Positions 52,601-62,073 of a stretch of DNA of 64,000 nucleotides are shown here, piece by piece (position 1 is the stretch's first letter; each line of letters opens with the position of its first letter). Under the pieces are notes generated by a model. That model did not search any database. It was not told the DNA's origin and saw nothing but the letters and a program-made list of their open reading frames with translations. The translations under genes and the position numbers were made by a program. This stretch comes from Bacteroidales bacterium (lineage in GTDB: Bacteria; Bacteroidota; Bacteroidia; Bacteroidales; BM520): positions 10,446-74,445 of the forward strand of contig JAISNV010000024.1 of the NCBI GenBank assembly GCA_031276035.1. The letters run 5' to 3'.

Positions 52601-52753
52601 GAGGTTTCGGGACCGGTTAGTGATTTGAAATTCAAATTAGTTCCTACTCAATATGCTAATTTATATAATCCGAAAAAACGTAATGTGGTACAAGCACAAA
52701 CATTGCGTTTACAACAAATGATACGAGATTCACTAAGAGATAATTTGAAATAA
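49634..52753 (+). CDS. AsmA/TamB-like large envelope protein
   Basis: Single N-terminal TM anchor (IIGITLLSIIGVLLIVICIVFWL) followed by about 1000 aa of beta-rich sequence; size and organisation typical of the AsmA family. Confidence 0.6.
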   Translation: MKKALKIIGITLLSIIGVLLIVICIVFWLALTPKRITPIVNNQVEKFINAETKLGEIDLTLFRTFPKAGIKINNLFIINPVEGSPSDTLVYVESCILSFNLKEFLKNDVLNVDNIYLENGFANIFINCDNQSNFDIFNTSSEETEDSGEFKMPFVEYLLEKLYIKNLNVLYEDCPNHLSAELNNFSTNSHVQGNDSRIDGKIDISTDNIYFSYNESDSSNINAVLSKSKFIIDGVYKDNILEGSMQANFPETSLKMDNVDYLNSSTMSLNFPFYLDFNRKHFDIKQLILNFEENIITLKGTTDLNYNNTDDILVNVDFGTSKLIIENILPLIPKPFLNLLEGIDVGGAITIDGSVNGIFNENLMPKIKINALYDEGKFSYSGLDYNFRDVYAKLSADIDISDNLKYDANIEKLSAKTLSSSFDISGKVTDTTGNIFCNLKLNSNLNLPDAQRMIPEDMTIEMSGKAKLSANARFKLDDVLNMNLMKTSISGRVILSDLDVFYEDSIKLVSPNLDILFAIPNQAKNLSFKELIRADIVSSGIIADISDNIHADLKDINLTVGVSNILDTIQPVSVKGSFEMSKIIASMDTINANISDAIGSFSMIPSKENREIVNYNVEYFSNDLNANMGSTYKIRTAAVGIKASAKYDEKQKNILLQWNPEFDFDISEGKIEIPDIEYPIFVPNLKMDYDSKVFNIHDGNFVIGNSAFHLKGDVKNVDGYLRDSTLLTAVFDFTSDNTDVNQLMDLVNGFGADSTDINDVELESPEDNPFMVPKGIDFRLNTLIKKATIGETVLESLGGHVTVKDGVLVLEEMGFTTRAARMELTAMYRSQRKNHLFVGFDLRLLDIDIEELIDIIPYVDSILPMLKSFKGNAEFYLDAETYLTSAYKPKMSTLRASSSITGKNLVLLDSDVFSQISKLLMFSKKTENLVDSVAVELTVFKDEVDLYPFLISIDKYQAVVAGRHNIDKDFSCDYHISITDTPLPIRLGLEVSGPVSDLKFKLVPTQYANLYNPKKRNVVQAQTLRLQQMIRDSLRDNLK

Positions 52754-52765
52754 TATTAACAACAA

Positions 52766-52793
52766 CATTTTGAACTACTTTTAACTCAAAATG
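52766..52793. terminator. Weak AT-rich hairpin between convergent genes
   Basis: CATTTTGA / TCAAAATG 8-bp stem, 12-nt loop, no clear T-run. Confidence 0.25.
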
Positions 52794-52824
52794 ACAGCTT
52801 GTTCTTCATCTTTGATTTTTATTC

Positions 52825-53424
52825 CTATTCTGTGCTTTGATTTGCATTTTTAGTTTTCAAACTTTCGCGCTTAATCAGAATCGCCTTGACTCCCAACCAT
52901 ATTGCAGTCGCTATTAAAATTCCTAATATCGTTCCGCATAAAACATCGCCGGGATAATGAACTCCAAGATAAATCCTGCTATAGCCTATTACTGCTCCCC
53001 AAATAAAAAGCAACCAAATATACTTGTAATACTTTCTAAGTACAAAAAAAGCATACGTTGCTATACCGAATAAATTTGTTGCGTGGGATGAAACAAAACC
53101 GTATCTGCCGCCACATTTATCTTTCACAATATGAACTAATCCGGCAAGACTTTCATCATGGCACGGACGTAATCTTCCGACCAGAGGTTTTATGATATGT
53201 GCCGAAATCATGTCTGTACAAGCAATCAGCACAACTACTCCCAATAAAATAATTACGGATTTTTTTTTGTATTTTTTGATGATAAAATAAACCAGCAAGA
53301 TAAATAAAGGTATCCAAGTTACGGTTGTAGTAATAATATCAAAGAACCCATCAAAGAAATTATTATGAATACCGTTTAAAAACAGGAAAATCTGTTTATC
53401 AAGTTTATCTAAATACTGCCACAT
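52825..53424 (-). CDS. PAP2-family lipid phosphatase
   Basis: PAP2 motifs KPLVGRLRP, SSH, SRIYLGVHYPGD; several TM helices. The start overlaps the obg stop as TAATG. Confidence 0.85.
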   Translation of the reverse strand: MWQYLDKLDKQIFLFLNGIHNNFFDGFFDIITTTVTWIPLFILLVYFIIKKYKKKSVIILLGVVVLIACTDMISAHIIKPLVGRLRPCHDESLAGLVHIVKDKCGGRYGFVSSHATNLFGIATYAFFVLRKYYKYIWLLFIWGAVIGYSRIYLGVHYPGDVLCGTILGILIATAIWLGVKAILIKRESLKTKNANQSTE

Positions 53425-54416
53425 TATTCATTAAGTATTTTCCAGAGCTTGTCTTTCAAAGAATCAATATTATACATTGTTACTGAAGAAATAAAAATAT
53501 TGTCAATATTTTTGGGTAATGTTCTTTTAGCCGATTTAATCATTTCATCATCAGCTATATCAGATTTAGTTACCGCAAGCAATCGCGGTTTATCAAGTAA
53601 TTCAGGATTATATTTTTTCAATTCCTTCAGTAGAATTTGATATTCTTTGGAAATGCTTTGGGCACTAACAGGTACCATAAATAATAATACTGCATTTCGT
53701 TCAATATGCCTTAAAAATCTGTGTCCCAAACCCTTTCCTTTATGTGCTCCTTCAATAATCCCCGGTATATCCGCAATAACAAAAGAGTTTTCTCCGTGAT
53801 ACTGCACCATTCCGAGGTTTGGAACTATTGTTGTAAAAGGATAATCGGCAATCTCGGGTTTTGCGGCAGACATAACCGATAATAAAGTAGATTTTCCCGC
53901 ATTAGGAAATCCGACCAGACCAACGTCGGCAAGAATTTTTAATTCAAGGATTATCCAGCCTTCCTGACCTTCTTCACCGGGTTGAGCAAATTTAGGAGCT
54001 TGGAAAGTCGCACTTTTGAAATGATCATTTCCCATACCGCCTCTGCCGCCGTGTTTTAGAATCAGTTCGTTACCTTCATCAACAACTTCACCAATTATTT
54101 CGCCTGTTTCGGCATCTTTCGCAACTGTTCCCAACGGAACGTAAAGATAAACATCTCCGCCGTTTTTTCCTGTTTTCAGATTTGATGAGCCTGAGCCTCC
54201 ATTCTCCGCGTGGATGTGTTTGGTGTATTTCAAATGTAATAAAGTCCATTTGTGCGGGTCTGCTTTAATAATAATATTTCCACCTCTACCGCCGTTTCCG
54301 CCGTCGGGGCCGCCTCGCGGATTCTTCTTCGATCTGTGGAAATGCATAGAACCGCTACCTCCATTGCCCGATTTACAAAATATTTTTACGTAATCAACAA
54401 AATTCGATTGTGGCAT
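53424..54416 (-). CDS. obg: GTPase Obg/CgtA
   Basis: Gly-rich Obg fold (GNGGSGSMHFHR...GGPDGGNGGRGG), G1 GFPNAGKST, G3 DIPG. Start set to the ATG at 54416 (MPQSNFVDYVKI), 4 nt after the adk stop. Confidence 0.93.
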   Translation of the reverse strand: MPQSNFVDYVKIFCKSGNGGSGSMHFHRSKKNPRGGPDGGNGGRGGNIIIKADPHKWTLLHLKYTKHIHAENGGSGSSNLKTGKNGGDVYLYVPLGTVAKDAETGEIIGEVVDEGNELILKHGGRGGMGNDHFKSATFQAPKFAQPGEEGQEGWIILELKILADVGLVGFPNAGKSTLLSVMSAAKPEIADYPFTTIVPNLGMVQYHGENSFVIADIPGIIEGAHKGKGLGHRFLRHIERNAVLLFMVPVSAQSISKEYQILLKELKKYNPELLDKPRLLAVTKSDIADDEMIKSAKRTLPKNIDNIFISSVTMYNIDSLKDKLWKILNE

Positions 54417-54420
54417 AAAA

Positions 54421-55005
54421 TTAACTATAAATATATTTATCAATAAAATTTTTCATTTGGAGATGAATTTCAGTAATATTGCCTTCTCCGTTCACGGCAA
54501 AATATTTTCCCGTTTTTTTGTAATAATCTATAACAGGTTTTGTTTTAACATAATATTCATTCAAACGATGTTTAATACTTTCCTCATTATCGTCGTGTCT
54601 TCCGGAGGTTTTTCCTCTTGCCAGAATCCTTTTTATCAAAGTTTTTTCGCTCACTTCCAAATCAATCATTCCGATAAAATCAACATTGTATTCTTTCATT
54701 ATTTCATCAAAGGATATTGCTTGATTTACAGTTCTCGGATATCCGTCAAAAAGAATTCCTTTAGCCTCGACTTTCTTACTTTCCTTAACGACTCTCCTCA
54801 CAATATCGGTAACAATTTCATCACTTACCAAATGACCTTTATCCATAATCTCCGTTATTTGCTTTCCTATTTCCGTGGATAATTCCATTTCTTTACGTAG
54901 AGCTTCGCCTGTAGAAATATATTCAAAATCAAATTCCTGTATAATATACTTAGATTGTGTTCCTTTTCCTGCACCCGGAGGTCCCGATATAGCAATAGCA
55001 AACAT
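54421..55005 (-). CDS. adk: Adenylate kinase
   Basis: P-loop GPPGAGKGTQ, about 190 aa short-LID form. Confidence 0.93.
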   Translation of the reverse strand: MFAIAISGPPGAGKGTQSKYIIQEFDFEYISTGEALRKEMELSTEIGKQITEIMDKGHLVSDEIVTDIVRRVVKESKKVEAKGILFDGYPRTVNQAISFDEIMKEYNVDFIGMIDLEVSEKTLIKRILARGKTSGRHDDNEESIKHRLNEYYVKTKPVIDYYKKTGKYFAVNGEGNITEIHLQMKNFIDKYIYS

Positions 55006-55009
55006 GGTA

Positions 55010-55546
55010 TTAAATTATTTTATAAATGTCTTCATAGTTTCTTCCATATCCATCATAATCGAGTCCGAAACCCAGAATAAAATCATTAGGAATAGATTTC
55101 CCGATATAATCAATATTGTAATTCTCCTTAAAGGATTCGGGTTTAAACAGTAGAGTTGCAATTTTTACATCTTTCACTCTCATTCCTGATAACTGATTAA
55201 GAACGTGTTTCATGGTTAATCCCGAATCAATAATATCTTCAAGAATAATAATTCGTCTATTTTCAACCGGAATATCAAAACCTATCAGTTGCTTAATATG
55301 TTCAGTAGATTTTGTTCCGGAATAACTCGAAACCTTTACAAATGAAATATTTGAAGCAATACTAATACGTTGGTAAAGTTCGGCAGCAAAAATAAAAGAG
55401 CCGTTTAAAACTCCCAGAAACAAAGGATCATCATCTTTGTATTCATTGTTTATTGCTTCCGCAATTCTATTTATGCTTTCAATTATTTCTTTATGAGGAA
55501 TATATAATTCGAATTTTTTATCAAAAACTTGTATGATTTTATTCAT
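55010..55546 (-). CDS. hpt: Hypoxanthine phosphoribosyltransferase
   Basis: 178 aa, PRPP-binding motif IIILEDIIDSGLT. Confidence 0.88.
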   Translation of the reverse strand: MNKIIQVFDKKFELYIPHKEIIESINRIAEAINNEYKDDDPLFLGVLNGSFIFAAELYQRISIASNISFVKVSSYSGTKSTEHIKQLIGFDIPVENRRIIILEDIIDSGLTMKHVLNQLSGMRVKDVKIATLLFKPESFKENYNIDYIGKSIPNDFILGFGLDYDGYGRNYEDIYKII

Positions 55547-55557
55547 CTTGATATTTT

Positions 55558-56568
55558 TTATTCGTTCATAATTACTGTAAGCACAATATCTCCGACCATT
55601 TTCAAGGATTTCGGATCTATTTTTGACATGTCATCTTCTTTTGTGTGCCAATACTCGAAGAAGGAACCGTTTGAAGATGATAAATCCAGATGAATAATAT
55701 TTACTGTCGGTATTTTAGCATAATAATTTATATAGAAATGATCATCATTGATAGGTATTCCTTTTTGATCGGGAAAATACTTACCATAACCCAAATCTTT
55801 TGCTGTTCTCCATATTTTCTCAACAATTTGCGGCGCGAAATATTGAGAATATTCTTCTTTAAGAAATACCGGTTCCGAAGCACCGACCATATCAAGCAAA
55901 ATTCCATAGAAAGCTTTGTATCCGTATGTATGCGGATTTTTCGCCCAGTACTGTGAGCCTAATCCCCATTCTTCTCCTGTAGTAGTTTCATTTTGTTTAG
56001 ATTCGTGTGTTCCGTAATCTTCAATGTCAAAAAATATAATATCAATACCGATATCAGGTTTTAAGATACTTAACTGGCGTGATATTTCGAGGAGTACGCC
56101 TACGCCGCTCGCTCCGTCGTTTGCGCCATCTATAGGTTTAAATTTGTTCTCAGGATTAGGGTCATGATCTGCAAAAGGACGAGAATCCCAATGAGCACAT
56201 AGTAGAATTCTTTTTCTGTTTGTCGGATTAAAAACGCCAATAATATTTTTAGAATCGAAAATTTCTCCGGTATATACCCGTGTTTTGAAAGATTGTATTA
56301 GAGCCGTATCTGCATATTGCAATAATTTTTCATATAAATATTCTGCCGTTTCATCATGTTCTTTTGTTCCGGGAACTCTAGGGCCAAAATCTACTTGTTC
56401 TTTCACAAATTGATAAGCCGAGTCTTCATTAAAATTTGAAACAAAATTAGCTTTTACTTCTTCCCGTTTTTGCGGTATATTTTGGCTTTTCTCTTTACAA
56501 GCAGATAAAACTACAAGAATGGTTATAATCAAGTAAATATAATTTTTAATCTTCATATATTTCGTCAA
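55558..56568 (-). CDS. M28-family metallopeptidase fold protein (glutaminyl-cyclase-like lipoprotein)
   Basis: Lipobox (VLSAC). M28 metal-ligand pattern (HWDS...DGANDGASG...FFDIEDYG...H). Size matches the Bacteroidota type-II glutaminyl cyclase family. Confidence 0.65.
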   Translation of the reverse strand: MTKYMKIKNYIYLIITILVVLSACKEKSQNIPQKREEVKANFVSNFNEDSAYQFVKEQVDFGPRVPGTKEHDETAEYLYEKLLQYADTALIQSFKTRVYTGEIFDSKNIIGVFNPTNRKRILLCAHWDSRPFADHDPNPENKFKPIDGANDGASGVGVLLEISRQLSILKPDIGIDIIFFDIEDYGTHESKQNETTTGEEWGLGSQYWAKNPHTYGYKAFYGILLDMVGASEPVFLKEEYSQYFAPQIVEKIWRTAKDLGYGKYFPDQKGIPINDDHFYINYYAKIPTVNIIHLDLSSSNGSFFEYWHTKEDDMSKIDPKSLKMVGDIVLTVIMNE

Positions 56569-56616
56569 TTTTTTCTAAAAAAATGATAATTTCTGCGAAG
56601 ATAGAAAAAATTATTG

Positions 56617-57210
56617 TTATTCTTCATCTTCATTAATAATAAAATCTCCGGTAGGATTTTTAATTATCCACTCATCAAAAGCTTCATCGGATTCAAAGCC
56701 GCCATTCCCAAAAATAACATCTTCATTTGTAGTTATTTTTACAAATTTATCCGAATATATCAACTTTTTATTCTGATCCCAGATTAATTCATCAGTATTT
56801 AAAGTTTCCTCTTTATTAAAATTGATCAATACTACACTATCCGTAGCTATCATTATTCTTTTTTCCTCATAATTGATTCCGTGGTTTGCGTGTAGAGTGC
56901 TTTTAACAGTCATATCTTCTTCATAAAAAGTAGCAAAGAAGCCTTTAGGAAAAACCATTTCTTTTTTATGCGACCAATTGATTGCTTCTTCACCTTCTAC
57001 GACAAACTTAATAATTCCGTTCTCACTATAGTGTATCTTAAAGTTATAAATAATTTCAGCAGGAAGCGTATCGAGTGTTTCATTGTATTTTTGTGCTTTA
57101 TCAATAACAGTTTGGTCAATGCAACTTACATGGCATATAACAATTGAAATCATAATAACACAAAAGCGCAGATATGTAAAATACCTGCGCTTATAATTAT
57201 TTCTTTCCAC
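56617..57210 (-). CDS. lptC: LPS export periplasmic protein LptC-like
   Basis: About 195 aa, N-terminal anchor, motif TDELIWDQNKKLIYSDKFVKI typical of Bacteroidota LptC. Confidence 0.55.
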   Translation of the reverse strand: MERNNYKRRYFTYLRFCVIMISIVICHVSCIDQTVIDKAQKYNETLDTLPAEIIYNFKIHYSENGIIKFVVEGEEAINWSHKKEMVFPKGFFATFYEEDMTVKSTLHANHGINYEEKRIMIATDSVVLINFNKEETLNTDELIWDQNKKLIYSDKFVKITTNEDVIFGNGGFESDEAFDEWIIKNPTGDFIINEDEE

Positions 57211-57217
57211 TATTTTA

Positions 57218-58570
57218 TTATTTTTTTGCTGCTCTTATCTTAGTTGTTTTATTTATCCAACAACCCACTTCATAATCATCACCTTCTAAAAGTTCACTGA
57301 AGAAAATCTGCTCTGTTGTCGGAAAATACTGAGAATACAGAGCAATATTTTTATTTGCTCTTTCGGTTAAAGAAGAATCAATACGTTTTGCTTGTTCAAA
57401 CATGTCAACAGCAGCCCAATAAATACAACCTTTTTCAACAGGATTAGAACCCGGGCATAATTTGTCGCTTTGTCCGTATAATTCACCTATGAACATCAAA
57501 GGTTCACCATTTGTTCTGTCAAGTTCAAAAGCCTTATTAGCCATTTCTCTTGCTTTCGGGAAGTTATCTAACATTCTATAGCATGCTGCCATTACATAAT
57601 AAGCGTTACTTGCTTTAATGCGGTCTTCCATATTAACGGCTTCATTTAAGTATTTAATAGCTTCTGAATAATTTTCGTTTTTATACATCATTTTAGCAAG
57701 CATAAAAGCAGATTCGGGAGAAGGATTCAATTTGTGATATTGTACTGAAACATCGTGAAATAATTGCGAACCCGTGCAACCTTTGCGATCAAGCATATAG
57801 GAAATTTTTTCCAATAACTTAACATCATCAGGACTTTCACCAAACTTCTTAGTATAAAGAGGAATAAGATCTTCGCAACTTGCAAATGGTTCAAATACGG
57901 ATTCAACACTCGACTTTACGCTTTCATATTTATCTTTTTCCTTTGCATTATGCGCAATATTATAGTCAATTATTGCCATCACTTTTTCATAATTCTCAAA
58001 AATGACATCTTTAGCAAATACGCCGTCATTAAATAATTGAACTGTTGTTCTAAAGTAGGCATCAATAATTCCGTCTTTAGTTTTATTTCCTTCAATTTCT
58101 ATTGATTCGTTGAGAATATTATAAATTTGTTGAGCATCGGAAGATCTAAATCTCAGCAGATCCAAGCCTTTTCTCGACAAAACATTTCCTTTATCACCAA
58201 AATAAAGAATTCTTTGATCATATAGCATCATTAAAGAATCCGTATATGCTTCTCTAATTTCGCTATTAGCTGCATAATTAATTTTATCATATAAAATATT
58301 TACACCATCAACATAAATATTTAAAGAAGATTTAGGACAATTATCATATACCCATTTCCAAAATTTGTAAGATTCATCAAATCCGCCTTTAGGATATCTG
58401 GCTTCACGCCATTGTTTAAAAGGCTCTCTATATAATGATAAATTAGTAATACATTGAACGCTATCATTTCCATATTTAGGCAAATCATTAACATCTTGCG
58501 CTACAGAGACTAATGGAAATACAGCTAATAATAATATTAAAATTCTTGTTTTCATCATTTTATTTTTCAT
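57218..58570 (-). CDS. Secreted TPR-repeat protein, uncharacterised
   Basis: Signal peptide (SVAQD) and TPR-like helices (YSEAIKYLNEAVNM, FPKAREMANKAFELD). Confidence 0.5.
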   Translation of the reverse strand: MKNKMMKTRILILLLAVFPLVSVAQDVNDLPKYGNDSVQCITNLSLYREPFKQWREARYPKGGFDESYKFWKWVYDNCPKSSLNIYVDGVNILYDKINYAANSEIREAYTDSLMMLYDQRILYFGDKGNVLSRKGLDLLRFRSSDAQQIYNILNESIEIEGNKTKDGIIDAYFRTTVQLFNDGVFAKDVIFENYEKVMAIIDYNIAHNAKEKDKYESVKSSVESVFEPFASCEDLIPLYTKKFGESPDDVKLLEKISYMLDRKGCTGSQLFHDVSVQYHKLNPSPESAFMLAKMMYKNENYSEAIKYLNEAVNMEDRIKASNAYYVMAACYRMLDNFPKAREMANKAFELDRTNGEPLMFIGELYGQSDKLCPGSNPVEKGCIYWAAVDMFEQAKRIDSSLTERANKNIALYSQYFPTTEQIFFSELLEGDDYEVGCWINKTTKIRAAKK

Positions 58571-58579
58571 TATATTATT

Positions 58580-59854
58580 TTATTTATATTTTATTCTATA
58601 AAACCAAGTATCGTAAAGAGAGAATCCTACCGTAAAGTTAAAATAAGTTTCTTGAATCAAATCATTAGCTTTTGTACCTCTATTTCCGATATCTAAAGTT
58701 AAATTCACCATTGAGAAAGAACGAGCTATCGGAAAACCAACTCCAAAAGTCATGCCAAACTCATGTATATTCGAGTCATTAATTGAAAAATTTCCTTTAT
58801 TATAGTAAGCACCCAATCTATATCTAATCCATTTCCAGTAAGTTGAAGCTGTAGATGAGCGTGGAGCATATTCAAAACCGACAGATGCTGAAACAGAATT
58901 TAACAGATCTCCTTTAGAAGTAGAAATATCCTGATATTTACTCCACTCAGTCCAATCAAAATTAGCTTGTACTTTATATCTGTTCAGCTTTTTCAACATA
59001 ACGCCCGCGCCTATCTTTTGAGGAAGACAAACAGGTACATCCGAATTTTTAACAACAAAAATGGTATCTTTTAATGTTTCATCGCCTGATGAATTTAACA
59101 TATAAGTATAAGCAACCTTAGAACTTACAGAAGATAAATTCTGCTGAGGACGGTATGCAACACCCAAAGATAAAAATAAATCTTTGCCGATTTTGGTGTA
59201 GTATTGTGCGCCAATATCAAACATCACGGAAGAAACTGCTATTTGTTCTATTCTTTTTATATTGACGAAATAAGCCGAATCGCTATAAAGAAGGGCTTGT
59301 GACTTATCAATATTACCGAAAAGATATGAAGCATTCACACCTAAAGAAAGATCCCACAACTGAAATCCGAGTCCGCCATAGAACGAATTGGTGCCGCCTG
59401 TTCCTTTAAATTGATACAGCTGACTCCCTGTAACATCATCAATGAGTTTGTTTTCAACATAATAACCGACATTGGATACAGGAATTAAACCTACGCTCGC
59501 CTTGATATATTTCCAGATTGGAAAACCCAATTGTATTTGTCCCAAACCTACATAAGTGTTACTTTCGTTATAATTCGAAGTTGCAAGATTAAGGGTATTA
59601 ATATCAAACGAGGCTTCAAAAAGAAATGAAAGGGTATCAAATGCCGTATATGAAGCAGGATTTAATGAGTTAACAACGGTATGATCGCGATAAGCATATC
59701 CTGATTTGCCCATAGATTTTAAGACAGGATTACGTACATCCGACATATTGCCGAAACCGAAATTAGAATAAGGGGAATAAACGGTTTGACCAAATAGCGT
59801 CGAACTCATTAATAAAACTAATAATGCTATTATTATATACTTATAATTTTTCAA
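58580..59854 (-). CDS. Putative outer-membrane beta-barrel (porin-like) protein; apparent TTG start
   Basis: Signal peptide (LFGQ), beta-strand pattern, C-terminal aromatic-rich YRIKYK. The codon at 59852..59854 is TTG. The next in-frame Met would delete the signal peptide. Confidence 0.45.
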   Translation of the reverse strand: MKNYKYIIIALLVLLMSSTLFGQTVYSPYSNFGFGNMSDVRNPVLKSMGKSGYAYRDHTVVNSLNPASYTAFDTLSFLFEASFDINTLNLATSNYNESNTYVGLGQIQLGFPIWKYIKASVGLIPVSNVGYYVENKLIDDVTGSQLYQFKGTGGTNSFYGGLGFQLWDLSLGVNASYLFGNIDKSQALLYSDSAYFVNIKRIEQIAVSSVMFDIGAQYYTKIGKDLFLSLGVAYRPQQNLSSVSSKVAYTYMLNSSGDETLKDTIFVVKNSDVPVCLPQKIGAGVMLKKLNRYKVQANFDWTEWSKYQDISTSKGDLLNSVSASVGFEYAPRSSTASTYWKWIRYRLGAYYNKGNFSINDSNIHEFGMTFGVGFPIARSFSMVNLTLDIGNRGTKANDLIQETYFNFTVGFSLYDTWFYRIKYK

Positions 59855-59943
59855 GATATACTGTATTGATTTGCAAATATCACATTTTTTTTTGAATTGA
59901 ACTCTAAAAAAAGCTTAATTTATCAGCTGTTTAAAGGTATAAC

Positions 59944-61029
59944 TTAATATGTTTGAATCGACAATTCTTTTTTATACACCAAATAAGCATTTAATGCTAA
60001 TGCGGCCATTTCATCTTCTCCCGGATATACGCTAACCGGAGCAATAAAATCTACCATATCACTTATGTATTTTATTACTTCGTTATTATGTGCTATTCCT
60101 CCGGTAATTAAGATTCCATCAACTTTTCCTTTTAGAACAGCAGCCATCGATCCTATTTCTTTTCCTATCTGATAAGCCATTGCATTTTGAATTAGCAGCG
60201 CTTTTTCATTTCCTTCGCGAGCCCATTTGCCGACATCCTGTGCGTTGTTCGTACCGAGATGGCCAACGAGGCCGCCTTTTCCTTTTATTATTTCCTTAAT
60301 TTCCTTATAAGTATATTGTCCGCCAAAACATAATTTTGCAAGTTGTCCGGTAGGTAAAGTTCCGGAACGTTCGGGAGAAAATGGACCTTCGCCATCCAAT
60401 GCATTATTAACATCAATAACCTTTCCTTTTTGATGGGCACCTACAGAAATACCTCCGCCGAGATGAGCAATAATAAGATTCAGATCATCATATTTTTTAT
60501 TGAGTTTCTTGGCATGTTCTCTTCCTATTGCTTTTTGATTTAAAGCATGGAATATAGAAATTCTTTGAAAAAGCGGATGTCCGGAAATTCTTGCAACATC
60601 TTGTAATTCATCTACAACAACAGGGTCAACAATTATAGCCTTAACATTATCATTATGATGAAATTTATTTATTTCATCTGCTATATCTGCTGCAATTAAA
60701 CCACCAAGATTGCTTGCATGTTCACCTAATTTACATTCTACTAAATCTGTCTTTAAAGTATCATTAACTTCATAAACACCACTAGGAATCGGTTTCACAA
60801 GTCCGCCTCTGCCAACAATAATATTTAATGAATAAACATCAATACCGGCCTTATTCAATTCGTTGATAATAATATTTTTTCTAAAACCGAATTGATCGGT
60901 TATTTTTTCAAAATCTTGAAGTTCCTCTGCCGTATGTCTTATTGTAGTAATAAATATTTCATTGGTATCTTCATACACAGCAATCTTTGTAGAAGTAGAA
61001 CCCGGATTTATAGCTAAAATTTTATACAT
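59944..61029 (-). CDS. buk: Butyrate kinase
   Basis: 361 aa ASKHA-fold; N-terminal ILAINPGSTSTK; HLGGGIS motif. Confidence 0.9.
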   Translation of the reverse strand: MYKILAINPGSTSTKIAVYEDTNEIFITTIRHTAEELQDFEKITDQFGFRKNIIINELNKAGIDVYSLNIIVGRGGLVKPIPSGVYEVNDTLKTDLVECKLGEHASNLGGLIAADIADEINKFHHNDNVKAIIVDPVVVDELQDVARISGHPLFQRISIFHALNQKAIGREHAKKLNKKYDDLNLIIAHLGGGISVGAHQKGKVIDVNNALDGEGPFSPERSGTLPTGQLAKLCFGGQYTYKEIKEIIKGKGGLVGHLGTNNAQDVGKWAREGNEKALLIQNAMAYQIGKEIGSMAAVLKGKVDGILITGGIAHNNEVIKYISDMVDFIAPVSVYPGEDEMAALALNAYLVYKKELSIQTY

Positions 61030-61160
61030 TTTTTATATTTTTAATTATTAATTCACTTTAAATTTTACAATCTTCCGACCTGTATTTCTAAGGAGAAATT
61101 GTAAAATCATTTAATCAATAGTATATGCTTATTCGACTTTTATTTTATCTGTAAACATTT

Positions 61161-62072
61161 TCAATTACTCATGAGGCAAGCAAGAGCAACGCAATAATAT
61201 TTTGATTTTTCACTTTCGCTACGCGACATAACAACTACAGGCTTTGTTGTTCCTTGTATCAATCCGGCAAGTTCACCGCCGGCGAAAAGCATCAAACCTT
61301 TATAGAAACTGTTGCAAGCTTCTAAACTCGGGAACAACAAAATATCGGCATCGCCGTTTACGGGAGTCGGAACGCCTTTTATTTCAACACTTTCTTTATC
61401 ACAAGCCAAAAAAACATCAATCGGACCATCAATTACACAGTCGGGTAATTGTTTACGATCAACCATTTTGCACATAACAGAATAATCGGCTGAATAAGTA
61501 TCTTTTATACTTGCTTTTTCCGAAGATCCGATAAGGGCTACTTTCGGTTTTTCAATACCGAATTGCTTTGTCATCTCAATACTATATTTAAGCATTGATA
61601 TTTTCTGATCCAGGTCGGGATAAGGAAGAACAGCAGTATCCGTAATAAAAAGTAATTTATGATATTTAGGAACTTCTACAGCACAAACATAACTCATAAC
61701 AGCTTTAGGTTTCATTAAACCTTTTTCTTTATGTAAAACCGCCTGAAGAAATTTATCCGTTCCAATTAAGCCTTTCATAAAAATATCGGCTTTATCGGTT
61801 TTAACCATTTCGAGAGCAATATTCAGTGCTTTAATATCATTCTGTTCATCAATAATTTGAAAAAGATTTTCATTTAAATTATTTTCTTTAATAATATTTA
61901 TGATAAGATTTTTTTTACCAACCAGTATCGGTAAAGCGAAAGAATGTTCTGCTGCCTTGGCCAGTGCATTGATAGTATTGCTGTCGTGGCCGCAAGCTAC
62001 TGCTATTTTAAATTTACGTGATTTTTGTTTTAGGACTGCAGTAATCTCATTTAACGAAGTTATTCTATTCAT
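61161..62072 (-). CDS. ptb: Phosphate butyryltransferase (PTA/PTB family), paralog 2
   Basis: About 300 aa PTA_PTB family (MKG...TD, DGP.D.FLA..KES...K..TP..GDADILLFP). Confidence 0.85.
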   Translation of the reverse strand: MNRITSLNEITAVLKQKSRKFKIAVACGHDSNTINALAKAAEHSFALPILVGKKNLIINIIKENNLNENLFQIIDEQNDIKALNIALEMVKTDKADIFMKGLIGTDKFLQAVLHKEKGLMKPKAVMSYVCAVEVPKYHKLLFITDTAVLPYPDLDQKISMLKYSIEMTKQFGIEKPKVALIGSSEKASIKDTYSADYSVMCKMVDRKQLPDCVIDGPIDVFLACDKESVEIKGVPTPVNGDADILLFPSLEACNSFYKGLMLFAGGELAGLIQGTTKPVVVMSRSESEKSKYYCVALACLMSN

Positions 62073-62073
62073 T

